Of a stretch of 64,000 nt of DNA, positions 39,163 to 48,677 are shown in pieces. The DNA comes from an uncultured bacterium (GTDB taxonomy: Bacteria; Krumholzibacteriota; Krumholzibacteriia; JACNKJ01): positions 3,051,849-3,115,848 of the forward strand of contig CAVOFT010000001.1 in NCBI GenBank assembly GCA_963695095.1. The letters are read 5' to 3'. The first letter of the stretch is position 1; every line of letters begins with the position of its first letter. The translations under genes were made by a program, and so were the position numbers. The notes beneath the pieces are model-generated. The model was given only the letters and a program-made list of their open reading frames with translations, ran no database searches and was not told where the DNA came from.

Positions 39163-40491
39163 ATGACTACCAGCAAGCGCGTACTCGTACTGGGTGCCGG
39201 TCTCGTCACGCGGCCCATGGTCAGCTATCTGCTCGAGCGGCCGGACATCAGCCTGACCGTCGCCACGCGCACCGTCGACAAGGCCCAGCGCATGATCGCC
39301 GGCCACGCCCGCGGCCGCGCGGTGGCCCTGGACGTGGCCGACGGGGCGGCGCTGCGCGCCATCGTCGCCGAACACGATCTCATCGTCAGCCTGCTGCCCT
39401 ACATCCATCACGTCATGGTCGCCAAGCTCTGCATCGAGCTCGGCCGCCACCTGGTGACGACCTCCTACGTCAGCCCCGAGATGCGCGCCCTCGACACGGC
39501 GGCGCGCGAGGCCGGCGTGCTCCTGCTCAACGAGATCGGGCTGGACCCCGGCATCGACCACATGTCGGCCATGCGCATCATCAACGGCGTCGCCCAGCGC
39601 GGCGGCTGGGTGCAGGGCTTCATCTCCAACTGCGGCGGCCTGCCGGCGCCGGAGGCGAACACGAACCCCTGGGGCTACAAGTTCAGCTGGAGCCCGCGGG
39701 GAGTGGTGCTGGCCGGCCGCAATGCGGCTCGCTACCTGTGGGAAGGCGACCTGCGCGAGGTGCCGGGGCCGGACCTCTTCGGCGACGTCCACCATCTCAC
39801 GGTCGAGGGGCTCGGCCAGCTCGAGGTCTATCCCAATCGCGACAGCATGGGCTACCGCGAGATCTACGGCCTGACGCGGGCGCAGACGATCTTCCGCGGC
39901 ACCTTCCGCAACCCCGGTCATTGCGCGGCCTGGAAGGCCCTGGCCGACTGCGGCTGGCTGGATATCCACCCGCACGCGGTGGAGGGCTATACCTACGCCA
40001 AGCTCTTCTGCACCCTCGTCGGCTGCGAAGGCCGCAAGCCGCGCGAGGCGGCCGTGCGCTTCCTCGGCGTCGGTCCCGAGGCGAACCTGCTCGATCGCTT
40101 CGAATGGCTGGGCCTCTTCGCCGACGAGGCGATTCCCGGTCCGGCCGAGCAAAGCCCGCTCGACGTGCTCGCCGATCGCCTGCTGCTCAAGCTGCCCTAT
40201 GCGGCGGGAGAGCGGGACATGATCGTGCTCCAGCATCAGGTGACGGCGCAGTATCCGGAGGGCGGGACCGAGCGCATCGTCTCCTCGCTCGTGGACTTCG
40301 GGCAGCCCGGAGCCGACTCGGCGATGTCGCGGACGGTCAGCCTGCCGGCGGCCATTGCCGTGCGCCACATCCTGGACGGCACGATCCGCGAGCTCGGCGT
40401 GCAGGTGCCGGTGCTGCCGGGCATCTACGACCCGGTCCTCGATGAGCTGGAGACGCTGGGGATTGCTTTCCAGGAGACGGTGACGCGCTAG
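39163..40491 (+). CDS. Saccharopine dehydrogenase (L-glutamate-forming)-like protein
   Basis: MTTSKRVLVLGAGLVTRPMVSYL..., LNEIGLDPGIDHMSAMRII and an SDH C-terminal domain. Intact, 442 aa. Confidence 0.8.
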   Translation: MTTSKRVLVLGAGLVTRPMVSYLLERPDISLTVATRTVDKAQRMIAGHARGRAVALDVADGAALRAIVAEHDLIVSLLPYIHHVMVAKLCIELGRHLVTTSYVSPEMRALDTAAREAGVLLLNEIGLDPGIDHMSAMRIINGVAQRGGWVQGFISNCGGLPAPEANTNPWGYKFSWSPRGVVLAGRNAARYLWEGDLREVPGPDLFGDVHHLTVEGLGQLEVYPNRDSMGYREIYGLTRAQTIFRGTFRNPGHCAAWKALADCGWLDIHPHAVEGYTYAKLFCTLVGCEGRKPREAAVRFLGVGPEANLLDRFEWLGLFADEAIPGPAEQSPLDVLADRLLLKLPYAAGERDMIVLQHQVTAQYPEGGTERIVSSLVDFGQPGADSAMSRTVSLPAAIAVRHILDGTIRELGVQVPVLPGIYDPVLDELETLGIAFQETVTR

Positions 40492-40500
40492 GTCCGCGGT

Positions 40501-41328
40501 CTACTTGAGGAGCATCAGCTTCTGGCTGCCGACCAGGCCCTGGTCACCGATGAGGCGCGCCAGGTAGAGGCCGGAGGGCAGGCGCTCGCCGGCATCGTCG
40601 CGGCCATCCCATTCCACGCTGTGATGACCGGCCGGGAAGGTCCCCGCCGCCAGTTCGCGCAGCGCGCGTCCGGCAGCATCGACCACGACCAGGCGCAGGG
40701 TCCCCTGGGCCTCGCTTTCGAAGCGAAGGGTGGTGCTGGGATTGAACGGATTGGGGTAGGCCGGCGCCAGCCGGTTGCCCGCCGCCAGAGGCGAGCTGTC
40801 CGTATTCTGCACGAAGCGGATGACCGGCGCGCTCACGTCCCAGCCGTGGACGGGGAACTCCTCGCCCGTGCTGAGCAGGGCGAACCAGCCGTCGGAACTG
40901 GCCTGGAAGGCGGCCACGCGCGTGGCGCGGATGGTGAAGTCGATGGAGATGCGGTCCCCCGGCCCCAGCACGGCCCGGCCGCCCGGAGCGCTGGGACTAT
41001 CGATCACCCAGCGGTGGGCGCGGCGGCCCACGATGAGCACGTCGCCGTACTCGTAGCTGCAGGTGGTCACCTGGCCGTTCAGGCGCACCGTCCCGGCCTG
41101 GACGCTCAGCCAATCCGGGAATTGCTCTGAATAGAAGAGACCACTGAGGGGCCCGCTCGTGTTGTTCACGAACTCCACGTGCACCGCAGCCGGAACCCCC
41201 ATGGGGATGTAGGCCGTCGGGAACTGGCGCGAGTAGCTGATCGCGGTGCCGGCGGGATAGATCGCCGCGCTCGCTGATGCGGCGGCGAGGGCGATCAGGG
41301 CGGTGAGCAGGAGCAGGTGTCGGCGCAT
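40501..41328 (-). CDS. Hypothetical secreted protein with a T9SS C-terminal sorting domain
   Basis: Signal peptide MRRHLLLLTALIALAAASASA. The C-terminus reads YPNPFNPSTTLRF...WDGRDDAGERLPSGLYLARL...KLMLLK. Confidence 0.65.
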   Translation of the reverse strand: MRRHLLLLTALIALAAASASAAIYPAGTAISYSRQFPTAYIPMGVPAAVHVEFVNNTSGPLSGLFYSEQFPDWLSVQAGTVRLNGQVTTCSYEYGDVLIVGRRAHRWVIDSPSAPGGRAVLGPGDRISIDFTIRATRVAAFQASSDGWFALLSTGEEFPVHGWDVSAPVIRFVQNTDSSPLAAGNRLAPAYPNPFNPSTTLRFESEAQGTLRLVVVDAAGRALRELAAGTFPAGHHSVEWDGRDDAGERLPSGLYLARLIGDQGLVGSQKLMLLK

Positions 41329-41543
41329 GCAGAGGTCCCGTTGCAGCAAACTGGTGTCGATAAAAAACCCGGGCTCGTTGAGCAGGCTCGGCGCCAGCCG
41401 CCCCGGATAGGAGTTCCCGGCCTCCGGTCAGCGGCCGAACGGAGACAGTATAGCATGCTGGTTGGTAATTCCCCATACTTTCCAAGGAATTTTCCGGGGG
41501 ATGACGGCACGCAACTGGAGCGACAGGTCTGCTTAACGCCTCG

Positions 41544-43673
41544 CTAGTCGCCTGAACGCTGCAGGGCCCCCGCCGCAGGCTGGTAGCACTGCAGCAGATA
41601 GTCCCGGACCATGCGGTTGGCGCTGAAGCGCCAGGCCAGCGTGGCGATGCTGTTCTTCATCATCTCCACCCAGCCGAGGGGAATGCCCTCCGCATTGCGG
41701 TCGAAATAGATGGGCAGCACCGTCTCCTCGAGGAGCTGAAAGAGGGCTTCCCGGTCCTGGGCGTCCTGCAGCTCGGGATTGCCGTGGTGGCGATTGGCGC
41801 CGATGGCGAAGCCGTTGGAGCCGTCGTAGGCCTCCGCCCACCAGCCGTCCAGGATCGAGCAGTTGAGCCCGCCGTTGATGACCACTTTCATGCCGCTCGT
41901 GCCGCTGGCCTCCATGGGGCGCCGCGGCGTGTTGAGCCAGAGGTCCACGCCCTGGACCATGTGGCGGGCGACGTTGATGTCGTAGTCCTCGAGCAGGATC
42001 AAGCGCCCCTTGAAGCGCGGATCGCGGCTGAGCTGGAAAAGCCGCTGCAATTTGGACTTGCCCGGCTCATCCGCCGGGTGCGCCTTGCCGGCGAAGATGA
42101 ACTGCACGGGCCGGGCCTCGTCGTCCATCAGGCGCAGGAGCCGCTCCTCGTCGTCCAGCAGCAGATCGGCGCGCTTGTAGGTGGCGAAGCGCCGCGCGAA
42201 ACCGATGGTCAGCGCCCGTGACGAGAGCGAGCGCGAAGCGTCGGCCACGGCCTCCTTGCCCTCGCGCCGGCGGGTCACCTGGGCCACCAGCCGGCGGCGG
42301 GCGAAGCCGAGCAGGCGCGAACTGAGGAGCTGGTGGGCCTCCCACAGCTCGCCGGGGTCCAGCGTGTAGATGCGCCGCCAGGTTTCGGGCTCGTGAATGC
42401 GCTCCTGCCAGTCGCTGCCGATGCGCTGCTCGTAGAGCTTGGCCATGGCGGGTGCGATCCAGGTGGGCACGTGCACGCCGTTGGTGATGTGCCCGATGGG
42501 CACCTCGCGCTCCGGCCGATCGGGCCAGAGCCGATGCCACATGCGCCGGCTGACGCGGCCGTGCAGGGCCGAGACGCCGTTCGTGCGGTCGGCCGAGCGC
42601 AGCGCCAGGGTCGTCATGCAGAAGGGCGATGCGTGGTCGCCCGGATTGATCCGGCCGAGGCCGACGACCTCGTCGATGGACTTGCCCATGCGCGCCGCCA
42701 GCGGCGAGAGCGCCTCGTCCACCAGCTCGGGCGCGAAGCGGTCGTGGCCGGCCTCCACGGGCGTGTGCGTGGTGAAGACCGTCATCCGCGACACCTCGGC
42801 GCGCGCGTCCTCCCAGCTCATGCCGTCGCGTTCCATGAAGCGCCGCGCCTGCTCGAGCACGACGAAGGCGCTGTGGCCTTCGTTGAGATGCAGCACCCCG
42901 GGCTCGATGCCCAGCGCGCCGAGCGCGCGCAGGCCGCCGACGCCGAGCAGCAGCTCCTGGCGGATGCGCGTGCGGCGGTCGCCGCCGTAGAGCGTGCTCG
43001 TGAGCTGGCGGTTGAAGTCGTCGTTGGCGTCCACGTTGCTGTCGAGCAGCAGCAGGGTGCAGCGGCCCACCGCCGCCTTCCAGACCCGCGCGTGGATGAC
43101 GCTGTCGCGCGTTTCGACGGCGATCGTCAGGGGTTCGCCCTTCTTGGTCATGGCCGGCGCCATGGCGAGGGTTTCCAGATCCGCCCCGCCGTAGGCCTCC
43201 TGCTGGCGGCCCTCGGCGTCCAGATGCTGGCGGAAGTAGCCGTGGAAGTAGAAGAGCCCGACGCCCACCAGGGGCAGACCCAGGTCCGAAGCGCTCTTGA
43301 TGTGGTCGCCGGCCAGGATGCCGAGACCGCCCGAGTAGATGGGCAGGGACTCGTGCAGGCCGAACTCGGCGCTGAAGTAGGCCACGGGCTGCGCGGGCAG
43401 GGAGCCGGGCCCGCCGATGTCGCCGAGACCGGGCGAGGCCAGGTAGTCCTCCAGCCGGTGGAAGGCGTAGTTGATCCGGCTGTCGATGGCCATTTCCTCG
43501 GCCCGCGGCAGCAGCTCCCACTCTTCGAAGTGCTCGAGGAAAGCGAGGGGATTGTGGTGGGTGCCCCGCCAGCGCGCCGGGTTGAGATCGCGGTAGATGG
43601 CGATCACTTCCGGATGCCAGGTCCACCAGAGGTTGCGCGAGAGCTTGCGCAGCTTGTCGAGGTAGCTCGTCAT
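41544..43673 (-). CDS. glgP: Alpha-glucan phosphorylase (GT35, GlgP family)
   Basis: An intact ~710-aa ORF with family motifs AYFSAEFGLHESLPIYSGGLGILAGDHIKSASDLGLP and a PLP-site region (GTSGMK). Confidence 0.9.
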   Translation of the reverse strand: MTSYLDKLRKLSRNLWWTWHPEVIAIYRDLNPARWRGTHHNPLAFLEHFEEWELLPRAEEMAIDSRINYAFHRLEDYLASPGLGDIGGPGSLPAQPVAYFSAEFGLHESLPIYSGGLGILAGDHIKSASDLGLPLVGVGLFYFHGYFRQHLDAEGRQQEAYGGADLETLAMAPAMTKKGEPLTIAVETRDSVIHARVWKAAVGRCTLLLLDSNVDANDDFNRQLTSTLYGGDRRTRIRQELLLGVGGLRALGALGIEPGVLHLNEGHSAFVVLEQARRFMERDGMSWEDARAEVSRMTVFTTHTPVEAGHDRFAPELVDEALSPLAARMGKSIDEVVGLGRINPGDHASPFCMTTLALRSADRTNGVSALHGRVSRRMWHRLWPDRPEREVPIGHITNGVHVPTWIAPAMAKLYEQRIGSDWQERIHEPETWRRIYTLDPGELWEAHQLLSSRLLGFARRRLVAQVTRRREGKEAVADASRSLSSRALTIGFARRFATYKRADLLLDDEERLLRLMDDEARPVQFIFAGKAHPADEPGKSKLQRLFQLSRDPRFKGRLILLEDYDINVARHMVQGVDLWLNTPRRPMEASGTSGMKVVINGGLNCSILDGWWAEAYDGSNGFAIGANRHHGNPELQDAQDREALFQLLEETVLPIYFDRNAEGIPLGWVEMMKNSIATLAWRFSANRMVRDYLLQCYQPAAGALQRSGD

Positions 43674-43781
43674 GGCCATGCCGCCGAATAGCACGCCCCC
43701 GGGGGGCTGTCAAGAAGGCTCCCGCAGGGGCAAGTCTTGCCGCACCGGGAATTCCGGCGGCAGCCGCAGGGTGGGCGAACC

Positions 43782-46091
43782 CTAGCGAATCAGCACGATG
43801 CGCGCCGCCCGCGAGCGTTCACCCCGATTCATCTCCAAGCGAGCAAAGTAGATGCCGCTTGCGGCGGCTTCGCCCGCATCGTCGCGGCCGTCCCAGCTGC
43901 GCTCGCTCACGCCCGCCAGGAAATGCTCCCGGACAGCGAGGCTGCGCACGCGGCGGCCGGCGACATCGTAGATGAAGAGGCTGGCGCGCTGATCCGCGCG
44001 CAGCTCGAAGCGCAGGGTGACGTCGGCGCGGGCCGCGCCGGGCCGAAATGGACTGGGGTAGCTGCCGGCGAGAGCGAGGAAGGCGGGATTCTCGCTGTAG
44101 GTGAAGACCTCGGCGCCGAGGTCCCCGTTGACGGCCAGGCCGTAGCCCTGGGGCCCCAGGGGCACGCGGCGGCCGCGCAGGCGGATCTCCCAGGGGCCCG
44201 CCTCGGGAGCGATGATCAGCACCCGCTCCACCGTGTTGAGCGCATCGGCTTCGCCACCCGGCACCGATTCGCCCAGCTCCGCGTCGAAGCCGTTGCCGAG
44301 GTAGAGCTGTCCCGAGGGCGAGCGCAGTTCCAGGTCCAGGTCGTTGACCACGGGCTCGGCGACGAAGGGTTCCGCGGGCGGGTCCGTGAAGGCCAGCGTG
44401 ACGGCCAACGGCTCGGCGGCGGACTCGACCTCGAGCCGGTAGATGAGGAGGTCCCCCGTCTCCAGCCCCTCGGCATTGCGCTTCTCGGCCAGCCACAGCT
44501 CGCGGCTGTCGCCCGCGAAGTAGAGCGCCTCGTCGAGCACGAGGTGCCCCCAGCCCTCGCTGTCATTGGGATAGCCCGCCGGCAGGCTGTCCATGGGCAG
44601 GGTGCTGTTGATGAGCAGCGCCCTGAGCAGGGCGCCGCTGGGCACGAGCGAGTCGGCGGCCACGGGCGCGCCGCTCGGCCACCAACCCTCCACCAGGTAC
44701 TGGCGCGCCAGCGCCGCCGCCCCGGCCACGGCGGGACAGGCCATCGAGGTGCCGCTGCTGGTCGTCCAGCCGCAGGGCAGGGCCCGGTTCGCGGAATCGA
44801 TCGCGTAGCCGGGCGCATAGAGCTCCGGCTTGCGGCGGCCATCGGCCGTGGGGCCCATGCCGCCGCTGTAGTGCTCGTCGCAGCCATGGTAGCCGCCGCC
44901 GAAGCTGTCATTGGTGTAGCTCGCGCCCACGGCAAGGGTGCTCTTGGCGTTCTCGGGCGTATAGAGCAAGCCGGCATTGGTGACGGCCCAGATCAGCAGC
45001 GCCTCTTCCTGGTCGTGGCTGAAGGCATCGATGTCCACGCAGAGCTCGGTGTAGCTGGTGATCCCATCCGCGCCCCAGCTATTGGTGTGCACGCGGGCGC
45101 CGGCAGCGTGGTGCAGGGCGAAGTCCGCATAGACGTCGTAGACGCCGGTGGGCACGTAGTTGGAATGCGCCAGCCGTGCCGCCCAGGCGCCGCCCCGCTT
45201 CTGCGCGCCCATCTGATCGTCAATCGGCAGCGCATCGCCCGCCACCGTGCCCGCCGTGTGGGTGCCGTGATTGCTGCCCCAGCCGGCGTACTCGCCGATG
45301 AAGACCACCTTGCGGTGCGCGGGCCCGATGGGCTCGCCGTCCGGATCGGCGAAGAAGCAGCTGGCCGGAGCGAAGTTGGAGTCGATGTGGCCGACGATCT
45401 GCCCCTCGCCATGGAGGCCCCGATCCCAGATCGGCCGCTGATCCGCTGCCGCGCTCTGGACGCTCCAGCTGCTGTCATCGTTGCGGTCGGTGAGCGGCAG
45501 CGTGGGCGAAGCCCAGAGCAGACCGGGCAGGGCGGCTAGCGCCGGCAGCAGCGCGGACGGCGCGCTCAGCCAGAGCCGCGGCCGTGCCGAGCGTGCGCTG
45601 CTGCCCAGCAGTTCGGCGCCGAGGGCCAGGGCCATGTCGGCGCGAAGGGCGATGGGCGTGCCCGGCGCGAAGCTCAAGGTGATCGCCACCGACTTGCCGC
45701 CCGCGCGCGCCGCCAGCGCGGCCAGCTCGGGCGCCAGGCGCCACTCCGGGCGACAGTCCGTGAGCAAAGCGACGCCGGCGAGGGCGGACAGGCGCACCCC
45801 GGCGGCGGCGTCCGCGCGGAGCAGATAGGCGTCATCGGGCAGATAGGCCAGGATCTCGGCGCCGGCGGCGGCGAGCGCATCGCGATCCGCACGGCCAGGT
45901 GCGTGGTCGAACCGCAAGATGCGCAGATCGTCGCTCGCCTCGCTGCCGCGGGCGCTCAGGGCAGGGTCGCCGGCGCGCAGGGTGCCGGCGCGCAGGCGCA
46001 GGGCGCCGCTCTCGCCTGCGGCTGCCGCCTGGGCAAGTACGCCACCAAAGATGAGCAGGACCGCGAGGAGGGGCGGGCGGCGAGCGGGCAT
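43782..46091 (-). CDS. Subtilisin-like S8 serine peptidase with a propeptide and a T9SS C-terminal sorting domain
   Basis: The catalytic triad is D (GHIDS), H (HGTHTAG) and S (GTSMACP). The C-terminus reads SPFRPGAARADVTLRF..GIYFARL..RIVLIR. The signal peptide is at the Met at 46091. Confidence 0.85.
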   Translation of the reverse strand: MPARRPPLLAVLLIFGGVLAQAAAAGESGALRLRAGTLRAGDPALSARGSEASDDLRILRFDHAPGRADRDALAAAGAEILAYLPDDAYLLRADAAAGVRLSALAGVALLTDCRPEWRLAPELAALAARAGGKSVAITLSFAPGTPIALRADMALALGAELLGSSARSARPRLWLSAPSALLPALAALPGLLWASPTLPLTDRNDDSSWSVQSAAADQRPIWDRGLHGEGQIVGHIDSNFAPASCFFADPDGEPIGPAHRKVVFIGEYAGWGSNHGTHTAGTVAGDALPIDDQMGAQKRGGAWAARLAHSNYVPTGVYDVYADFALHHAAGARVHTNSWGADGITSYTELCVDIDAFSHDQEEALLIWAVTNAGLLYTPENAKSTLAVGASYTNDSFGGGYHGCDEHYSGGMGPTADGRRKPELYAPGYAIDSANRALPCGWTTSSGTSMACPAVAGAAALARQYLVEGWWPSGAPVAADSLVPSGALLRALLINSTLPMDSLPAGYPNDSEGWGHLVLDEALYFAGDSRELWLAEKRNAEGLETGDLLIYRLEVESAAEPLAVTLAFTDPPAEPFVAEPVVNDLDLELRSPSGQLYLGNGFDAELGESVPGGEADALNTVERVLIIAPEAGPWEIRLRGRRVPLGPQGYGLAVNGDLGAEVFTYSENPAFLALAGSYPSPFRPGAARADVTLRFELRADQRASLFIYDVAGRRVRSLAVREHFLAGVSERSWDGRDDAGEAAASGIYFARLEMNRGERSRAARIVLIR

Positions 46092-46102
46092 GGCGACGGT
46101 CC

Positions 46103-46453
46103 TCAATGGCTGGTGGGCTTGAAGAAGCTGATCAGGTTGCCCTCCGGATCCCGCACATGGAGGAAGAGCGCCGAGTCGGTCAGCTCCTCCTTGAAGATCT
46201 CCACGCCCCGCACCGCCAGCACCGAGCGCAGGGTGATGGGATCGTCGATCTCGACGTCGAGGAAGGTCGAGTCGCCGGTGGGCGCGTCCCAGCCGCCGGG
46301 CTCGGCCGACACCAAGCCCAGCGTCAGCCCGCCCGTGTCCAGGTAGCAGAAGTTCGGGCCCTCGTCGCTCACGTCCCAGCCCAGCACGCGGGTGTAGAAG
46401 CGCTTCATCTTGCGCAGGTTCTTGCAGCGATAGGTGACGCTCACGGCACGCAT
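46103..46453 (-). CDS. VOC (glyoxalase/bleomycin resistance/dioxygenase) family protein
   Basis: A 116-aa single VOC module (VSVTYRCKNLRKMKRFYTRVLGW...LFLHVRDPEGNLISF). Confidence 0.75.
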   Translation of the reverse strand: MRAVSVTYRCKNLRKMKRFYTRVLGWDVSDEGPNFCYLDTGGLTLGLVSAEPGGWDAPTGDSTFLDVEIDDPITLRSVLAVRGVEIFKEELTDSALFLHVRDPEGNLISFFKPTSH

Positions 46454-46548
46454 GGGCACCTCGGAGGGCGGTGGCGGGCCCGGAGGGCGCCATGCCGCCC
46501 GGGCTGGAAGCAGTCAAGCGGGCGCACGCGCCAAAGTCAAGCTCGGGC

Positions 46549-48537
46549 CTACTTGAGCAGGATCGCGCGCAGCCTCCGGCTCTGGGCGCCGGCCTTGAGC
46601 TCGAGCAGATAGAGCCCCGCCGGCAGGGGACGGCCTGCGGCGTCGACGGCCTCCCAGTCCAGGCGTTGCTCTCCCGCAGGCAAGTCCCGGGCCGGATGGC
46701 TCGCCAGGCGGCGGCCGCTGAGGTCATAGACCGCCAGGCTCACGGTGGCCGGCTCCGCCAGCTCGAAGTAGAGCGCCGTGCGCGGATTGAAGGGATTGGG
46801 CGCCAGGGCGGCGGCCAGCAGGGGCCCGCCTGCGGGGGCGAGGCCGGGTGTCAGGCTCAGCAGCAGGAACTCCTTGCCCTCCGCGTCGAGACCGTAGAGC
46901 TCGTAGCGCCAGGCGCCCGCAGGAGCGGCGTCGCTCAGGCGATAGCGCCAGTCGCCGCTCGCCTCCACCGGCAGGAGCGGCGCGGCATTCAGACAGAGGG
47001 GCAGCGCGAGCGGCTGCTCGCCGATGGCCGCCAGGACCTCGCGGCGCGACAGCGCGCCGGCCGCGAAGGCCTCGGCCTGGGCCAGGCGCTCGGCCCGATC
47101 CGCGGCGTCGCCCGCGGGCAGGCGGTACACGTTGAAGGGCAGGGGCTCGCTGCAGCGCCAGTCTAGCTCGACGCGGCCGGAGCCCGCGCGCAGCGCGCGC
47201 CCGCTGGCGGTGGCCAGCGCGGGAGCCGCCGTGAGATCGGCGCCGCCTTCGATGGCATAGGCCCAGCCGCCGCTGCTCAGGTACTGCGTGCCGGCCAGCA
47301 CGTCGGGGCTGCCCGTGCCGGAGAGATCCGCCGTGCCGCGCACGCTGTAGAGCCGCGCGCCCGTGTTGAACATCCACAGGGTGTCGCCCGTGGCGCCGTT
47401 GAAGAGGTAGGTCTTGGTGTCGAAGGAGCCGCCGACGACCTCGTCGATGCCGTCGCCGGTGAGATCGTCCACGCGGTCCACGGCCCAGAAGTCGCCGCCG
47501 TTGAGGGTGCCGGCCCAGGCCTGCCAGATCAGCGTGCCGTCCTGGCCGTCGATGACGCGCAGGGCGCGCTCCCAGGAGCCGATGGCGATGTCCCGCCAGC
47601 CGTTGCCGTTGACGTCGCTCAGGGTGACCAGGCGCATGATGTAGTTGTAGCTGCCGTTGTCGAAGGTCCAGCGCAGGGCGCCTGTCGCGCCGTCGAGGCA
47701 GCGCACCTGGCCGGAAGCGCTCCAGGAGCCGACGACGAGTTCGGCCACGCCGTCGCCGCCGATGTCGTCGATCAGCGCCGTGGCCCAGTTGCTCGCGCCC
47801 ATGTTGCGCTGCCAGATGAGCTGGCCGACGCCGCCCAGGCTGCCGCCGCTCACGCAGTAGACGTAGTGGTCGTTGTCGCCCGCGCAGAAGAGCACATCCT
47901 GCTTGCCGTCGCCGTTGACGTCGGGCAGGGCAAGGGCGCGATAGAGCGCGTCGGCCGCCGGGAAGCGCCAGAGGACGCTGCCGTCGGCGCCGCTGAGCAG
48001 GTAGCCGCAGTTGGCGTCGCTGCCCAGTGCACAGGCCACCTCGGGCAGGCCGTCGCCGTTGAGGTCGGCCAGCCAGCTCACGTCGTAGACCCAGCCGGAA
48101 TCGATCGTGAGATAGGAGTCGAAGGTCCACAGCAGCTCGCCCGTGCGGCCGTCCACGGCGTGCACGCTGCGATTGCCCCAGGCCGTGCCCAGCAGGACGT
48201 CGGGAAAGCCGTCGCCCGACAGGTCGGGGCAGATCTCGAGGCACTCGTCGCCGTCGCCGCCGCCGTCGCTCACACCGCTCGAAGGGCGGATCGACCAGAG
48301 CACCGGCGGCGGGTCGCCCTGGCCGCCGGAAACCAGGTAGAGGTGATCGCCCGCGGCGCCGGCGTCATAGGTCTCGATGACGATGTCGCTGACGCCGTCG
48401 CCGTCGACATCCGGGAGCGTGGCCATGGCATTGATGTCCTCGATGCCCTGGAAGCGCCAGAGCTGATCGCCGCCATCGGCGAGGGCGGCGCCGGGCAGGC
48501 AAGCGAGGAGCAGACAAGCGGTCAGGCGGGTCGACAT
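46549..48537 (-). CDS. FG-GAP/VCBS-type beta-propeller protein with a T9SS C-terminal sorting domain
   Basis: Signal peptide MSTRLTACLLLACLPGAALA. It has multiple D-x-N/D-G-D-G repeats (DVDGDG, DLNGDG, DVNGDG, DVNGNG). The C-terminus reads NPFNPRTALYF..GLYLLEL..LRAILLK. Confidence 0.75.
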   Translation of the reverse strand: MSTRLTACLLLACLPGAALADGGDQLWRFQGIEDINAMATLPDVDGDGVSDIVIETYDAGAAGDHLYLVSGGQGDPPPVLWSIRPSSGVSDGGGDGDECLEICPDLSGDGFPDVLLGTAWGNRSVHAVDGRTGELLWTFDSYLTIDSGWVYDVSWLADLNGDGLPEVACALGSDANCGYLLSGADGSVLWRFPAADALYRALALPDVNGDGKQDVLFCAGDNDHYVYCVSGGSLGGVGQLIWQRNMGASNWATALIDDIGGDGVAELVVGSWSASGQVRCLDGATGALRWTFDNGSYNYIMRLVTLSDVNGNGWRDIAIGSWERALRVIDGQDGTLIWQAWAGTLNGGDFWAVDRVDDLTGDGIDEVVGGSFDTKTYLFNGATGDTLWMFNTGARLYSVRGTADLSGTGSPDVLAGTQYLSSGGWAYAIEGGADLTAAPALATASGRALRAGSGRVELDWRCSEPLPFNVYRLPAGDAADRAERLAQAEAFAAGALSRREVLAAIGEQPLALPLCLNAAPLLPVEASGDWRYRLSDAAPAGAWRYELYGLDAEGKEFLLLSLTPGLAPAGGPLLAAALAPNPFNPRTALYFELAEPATVSLAVYDLSGRRLASHPARDLPAGEQRLDWEAVDAAGRPLPAGLYLLELKAGAQSRRLRAILLK

Positions 48538-48677
48538 GAAAGACCTCCGGGGGCTGGAGCGGCTTAAGTATAGCGCCGCGGCGCGCGCGGAACAACGCAG
48601 TAGGCCGCCCTGGGGTTGTCCTATCCGGCCAGTCGGGCTATACTCTTGTCGTGCCTGCAATCACTGATGGGGAGGGA

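Noticed and set aside
46724-48244. A 506-aa minus-strand alternate-frame ORF and several plus-strand ORFs inside the FG-GAP propeller gene
   Set aside because: These are extremely Arg/Pro/Gly-rich shadow frames. The 46549..48537 frame carries the repeated D-x-N-G-D-G motifs and a T9SS tail.
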